Source: Zancudomyces culisetae HAW-14-8
Lineage: Eukaryota; Fungi; Kickxellomycota
DNA: 64,000 nucleotides
Assembly: GCA_052426225.1 (NCBI GenBank)
Contig: JBNJNM010000013.1
Span: 1,860,001 to 1,924,000 of the forward strand
Direction: 5' to 3'
Of the stretch, positions 59,322-64,000 are shown in pieces. Each line of letters begins with the position of its first letter. Position 1 is the stretch's first letter. Both the position numbers and the translations under genes were made by a program. Under the pieces are notes generated by a model, which was not told where the DNA came from, made no database searches, and saw only the letters and a program-made list of their open reading frames with translations.

Positions 59322-60731
59322 ATGGGGCGTTTTCTTGGCAAAGCAAGTACACCAATAATCACTTTTTTCCTTTTGGGCTTTCTACTTTATATGACACTGA
59401 ACAAGAGCAAGATAAATGCGGAGTTAGCAGACAATATGGCGAAAATTTTATTGGACTCAGGAATAGAGTACCCAGATTCACACTCGAAATTTAAACGATT
59501 GGATAGAAGGGAAAATTTGGCAGACAATGCTGCTAGTTGTTATGGAACAGGGGATTTTAAATGGACTTTTGGATCCCAGATGATTGCGTTTTTTTCCGTT
59601 CTTATAGCGGGTGGAGTAGGTGCAATATTTCCTGTTTTGATCAAAACCACACGAGTTTTCCGTGTGCCTGTTGTAGTAATGGATATTAGCAGGTTTTTTG
59701 GTATCGGCGTGATTTTTTCTACAGCGTAAGTAACTTTTTGTTTGTTGGGTTTCTGTTCTAGTATTATACTATAAATATACCTCATCTTTAGTGGCCCGAT
59801 TATAACCCATTCTTCTATATTCTAACATGAACGCCTTGATACTTTTAGGATGGTACACATATTCACCTCTTCACTGTCACGTCTAAAAGACGTGTGTGTT
59901 AGGCCGGTTTTGGGAAATTACGCTCATTATTCTGAAGTGTTGTTTATTTTGTCGATATTCCTTATGCATTTGTTTGAACACTTGATGGTATTGTACCTGT
60001 CCGGTAGTGAAAGCATGCCACATTTACAAACAATAGAAATTACAGAAAAAGAAACCGCTAATTCACACAAAAATGAATTTTCTCGTAATAATGCAATCCT
60101 AGGAGATGCTGCCGTATTAGAGCTTAAGACTGACTGCACCTATAAAAACACTACGGATTCAGATGACATTGTACGCCAAAAGGGTTTAGGTAGTGGAGCA
60201 AACTCTGGTCATGGACATGGTTTGCGGTTACTCGACAGCAAACGTAAAAGGGATATTTCATCATATATTCTAGAATTCAGCGTTTCCTTCCACTCTGTAA
60301 TTGTTGGACTCACAGTTGGTATGACATCAGAGTCTACCGCCAAACTCCTGGCCATCGCGCTTTCATTTCATCAATTCTTTGAAGGAATTGCAATGGGTGA
60401 AAGACTGGTCGATTTGTACAGCAATTCCAAAAAACACAAGCTGATGTTTGTTGGTGCAGCGGTATATATGTTTTCAACGCCATTGGGCCAAGTAATTGGA
60501 ATGTCTATTCACTCGTCATTTGCTCCCAGATCACCATCATCGCTCATCGTCCTCGGGTTTATGGAGGCCATATGCTCGGGTATTTTACTCTATTCATCTG
60601 TGGTAGATCTTATTCTTCCGGAGTTCAGCTCACGGGATTTTTTGGAAATGCGTAACTGGCGTAAAATCTGCTGTTTTTTATCAATGTATCTAGGAACAGC
60701 GGGAATGTCTATTGTTGGGCATTGGGCTTAA
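59322..60731 (+). CDS. ZIP-family zinc/iron transporter, Zrt1/Zrt2-like (exons 59322-59725, 59849-60731)
   Basis: RFFGIGVIFSTA|MVH across a GT-AG intron; HGHG loop; LEFSVSFHSVIVG; LSFHQFFEGIAMG; C-terminal GHWA. Confidence 0.94.
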
Positions 60732-61222
60732 TACTTTATGCTTGCTTCATATACAATGTTTTTATGAAGAACAAGCATTGAGTGTAAAAGGAAAAGTATT
60801 CAAGTATACACAAACTCCATCCTATATCCGATTCTTTCATCTCTTCTGCCACCCTTATCTCGTTTTTGTACAATAATAGCATTGTTGGTCTTATAATCAT
60901 CTCAAATCTCTGCACAGCATTTTCCTAACCAATTTTCAACCTAATTTTCATGTACAATCATGTTTTTGTAATTTTTTCATCATCTCAATCAAAAATCAAA
61001 GTCAAAATTAGTTCCTTTTTTTGGGAGAAGGGGGAGAGAGGAGAGCCAAGATTTCATGCTTATTAATACGTAGTACCATTTAAACTACGATTACTAATAA
61101 TTCTTTAAATGTTAGAACTTTACCTTTTTTTCAGAAACTTAAACCTCAATATATTTCAATATATTTAGTTACCACATTGACTTTCACAAACTATCCGGAT
61201 CAACTTGAAGTTATGTCTTATC

Positions 61223-61835
61223 ATGAGCCATTATTTTAAATTACTAGGAAAACTAGAGAGCACTCTGGTATTGCCAAAATCAAGATTTACGTTCGAACAC
61301 TCCCATTGCGTAAATGAGTATAAAAGAGGCATACGTCACAACTCTACAAATGGTACTTTTCAATAATTATACTTATAATGACATATCTAGAAGAGAAATG
61401 ACAAAATCCATAACTTTGATAAATCATACCAGCAATAGGTTCGAAGATTTTCCCTGACCTACGGGATGAAAAAAACGTAAAACACGAGCTAGAAAAACTA
61501 CCACTAAAACCCACATTGCCTACTTCTGAAATGTGCTGCATGAGGTAATGCATTTATTATACCCTGGTGTATTTTATAAACTTTTTTTTTTGCTTTGATT
61601 GCACCCAACTAGAATTTTTATTTTGATTAGTGCTTGTAAAAATTGTGTGTGGAACATATACGATCTCGATCTTGCAAAATTCCAAGCAGAGGCACGAAAT
61701 CTAAGAACTGAATTCTTGAGGCAAGGAATTAATGAAAATCAGATACCAAAAATGCTTAACGAAGCCGAGTTACAAAGCGAAATAGACCCATCTATTGAAG
61801 CTTTTAATGCATTGATAAGGAAGCTGAACGAATAA
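61223..61835 (+). CDS. Oxidoreductase-like domain protein, OXLD1/PF09791-like (exons 61223-61352, 61433 or 61439-61544, 61631-61835)
   Basis: The spliced product gives PLKPTLPTSEMCCMSACKNCVWNIY, matching the CCxSxCxxCVWxxY motif; N-terminus may be a mitochondrial presequence. Confidence 0.8.
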
Positions 61836-63588
61836 AACTGATTTGTAAAGATACGACTGGATGCTTTGCACTGTCTTTCAATCTAAATTCTGCCATGCTT
61901 TTTCTTTGTTTTATACAAGAACGCGTACTTTTGTGTGCACAAATTATACACTGATAACTGAGTGGTCTATACTATCTTAATACCAGCAATCGCATTTACA
62001 TTTGCTTTTATTTGAAAGTAAACATGTAAGTCTGGATGTACTCAACTCATCGGTCGCAGTTTGGTACATTCAATCTTGCCTGTTTGTAGCTGTGTTTTTA
62101 CTGGAGTTCTACTCCTACAACACTGCATAAAATTGTTTAAAGTTGTGGAATCATGTTCTTACAACATTGAATAATGTAGACTGCTGGATACACCATCTAT
62201 GAAGATTCACAAAAATAGAAATCTGTCGGATTTGATGATAGTATACTAACATTACTACGAACCAGTTGAAAATGAATCTACTCTTTTTTGTAGAATTAAA
62301 CTATGTCGTAGTATTTTTGTAGTTTACAACTCTGTCTTTTTCAATACAAAAACCATCTTTCTTCCTCTTCTTTTTCCATCCCTGCATGTTTTTTTGTCAG
62401 TTTAATCAAGTATTCGACATCTCGTGTTCTATCCGACTAGAAACTCACACGTTCACTAAAATCATTGTGCATCCAAAAACATTTCTCTCTGATCCATTGG
62501 GTGTGTTTTACAAAGAGTGAAGTTTGTAGTAAAAAGGAGCGTCACATTTGTGTTATATTCGATGTAACACATATTTCAGTGACATGTCCAGCCAGCTATG
62601 GGATCGCTGAGTTATTGAAAAAGAGTGAGTAGAGAGGATACCACTTCATATAGACGACCAATGTTTGAAGTTTTTGTGATACCACACAGGATACTGTTTG
62701 GTAAAGATTCTTTTTACTGGTGTATAATAGCAAGTGTTTTGTTGTAAACACTGCCAGTGAATCAATTTGGATACCGCTATCAAAGTCTGCTACTGGGAGT
62801 ACGCATTTTTTAAACAACCAGTTTGAACCCTATCTGAAATATACACTGCAACTAAGTCATATATAAATCACATGTATGTGTACTCGTATTAATTGAATAC
62901 TGTGTTAATAGAAAATTCAATCAAAAATGGCAAACTGAATAAGATAATTTTTTGTATTAAAAAATCAGCTAGTTGAAATTGATAGAATTTTTGAATGGAT
63001 TTAAGGTAGTATAGCCGAAACACCTTTTAGGATTTAAAAGAAAATCAATGATTCCCATTATCCTTTTACTATTCTTATTCTATTTAAAAAAGGGGCTTTA
63101 TGGTTTTATCTACACCATTAGCTAAACACTAATGGTGGTTAAATTACTGGTAATTCTGGTTGTCAAACCCTACATAAAAATTCTCCTTTTCAACTGAACT
63201 GATGATCAACCTTGAATATTAGACATTAATCACCAAAATTCAAGTTTGTGATTTTAGTAAACCATAGATATGTTTGTTTTGTGAATACGCAGATGTTCAC
63301 TAGCATTCAGGACGTTTGTGCTAAATTAGAGTATAATCTGGTAAAAGCCAAATGCATAGCTATATGTATGTGAAACTGTGGGAAATTATGCTCGCACTTG
63401 GATATAAAAAGGGGTATCCGCCCTTCTGAATCCATGCCTACTTCAAGAAAAAGTAGCATTTACACAAAGAAAGGCATTACACAAGTCACCATTGCTAGAT
63501 ACAATATTCCTACTAGTCGAACTTGTTTTGGGTCAAATTTTTACACCATTATCATCTTTTTAGCATAAATAAAATACAGAAATAAAAA

Positions 63589-63897
63589 ATGTGCTTTGAA
63601 TGCTGGGGCCACCAAGGATATGGATGCTCACCCTTCAATAGAAACCATTGCAAGAGCTGCCATTATGACTGTTGTGGGTATGGCCACGACCATAAAGATG
63701 AAAAGCCAAAGGAGTCATCTATAGTAAAAAAATCTGACACATGTGAAGGGTGCAGATGGAGGTATGACTGGTGTAGCTGTGAACACACTCATGTTGCGAA
63801 AAAAGAGAAAAAGGAGGAGAAAGAGAAAGAGAAAGAGAAGAAGCCCAACAAAGATTTTTCTGAAGTTATCAGAATCAACGTGAACATTGTTTACTGA
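63589..63897 (+). CDS. Small Cys/His-rich protein (102 aa; 11 Cys, 7 His)
   Basis: AAAAAATG context; TATAAAA at 63403-63409; GC-richer than flanks; CxxC, CC and CxC motifs. Confidence 0.75.
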   Translation: MCFECWGHQGYGCSPFNRNHCKSCHYDCCGYGHDHKDEKPKESSIVKKSDTCEGCRWRYDWCSCEHTHVAKKEKKEEKEKEKEKKPNKDFSEVIRINVNIVY

Positions 63898-64000
63898 TTT
63901 TCTCGACTGATCCTAAAAACCATGACTTGAGCGCATAGCCAAGGGAAAGTGATCGAAAAGAGTGAGAAAGTCTAATCACAAGCGCGGAATTGACCGACGA

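Noticed and set aside
61398-61470. In-frame TGA codons suggesting a selenoprotein
   Set aside because: Wrong frame and partly intronic; the OXLD1-like gene splices cleanly without any TGA
62450-62820. Possible degraded minus-strand coding relic
   Set aside because: No recognisable homology and interrupted by stops; cannot support a pseudogene call without a search

Overview
Eukaryotic, fungal-type DNA that is AT-rich with short spliceosomal introns. It is probably from an early-diverging fungus; Harpellales-type insect-gut fungi are a working guess that the sequence alone cannot confirm. Recognisable housekeeping genes: Fun30/SMARCAD1 remodeler, PAP2 lipid phosphatase, Ett1/Nro1, Dus2, HMG-CoA reductase, HIBCH/Ehd3-like hydrolase, Utp17/WDR75, Ssz1-type Hsp70, Rpb10, isocitrate lyase, ZIP zinc transporter and an OXLD1-like protein. 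Several were rebuilt by hand across introns the ORF track misses. The first 28 kb holds five Ser/Thr/Pro-rich repetitive genes. Three form an unrecognised family sharing a ~145-aa domain; two of those lie in a ~6.5-kb imperfect palindrome with mosaic identity. One is a 1650-aa secreted protein built from a hierarchical (Arg-Pro-Thr)n/(Gly-Pro-Thr)m array with Cys-rich ends, resembling aquatic-insect silk or glue proteins. Other points: a spliced BCL7/Rtt102-like gene, a likely peroxisomal HIBCH with an ATG-only first coding exon and GC-AG intron, two remotely related small secreted Cys proteins, a Cys/His-rich metal-binding candidate, and a saw-tooth purine/pyrimidine strand skew over ~29-53 kb that ignores gene orientation. 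No tRNA, rRNA, CRISPR or recognisable transposon was found. All alignments and counts were done by eye.
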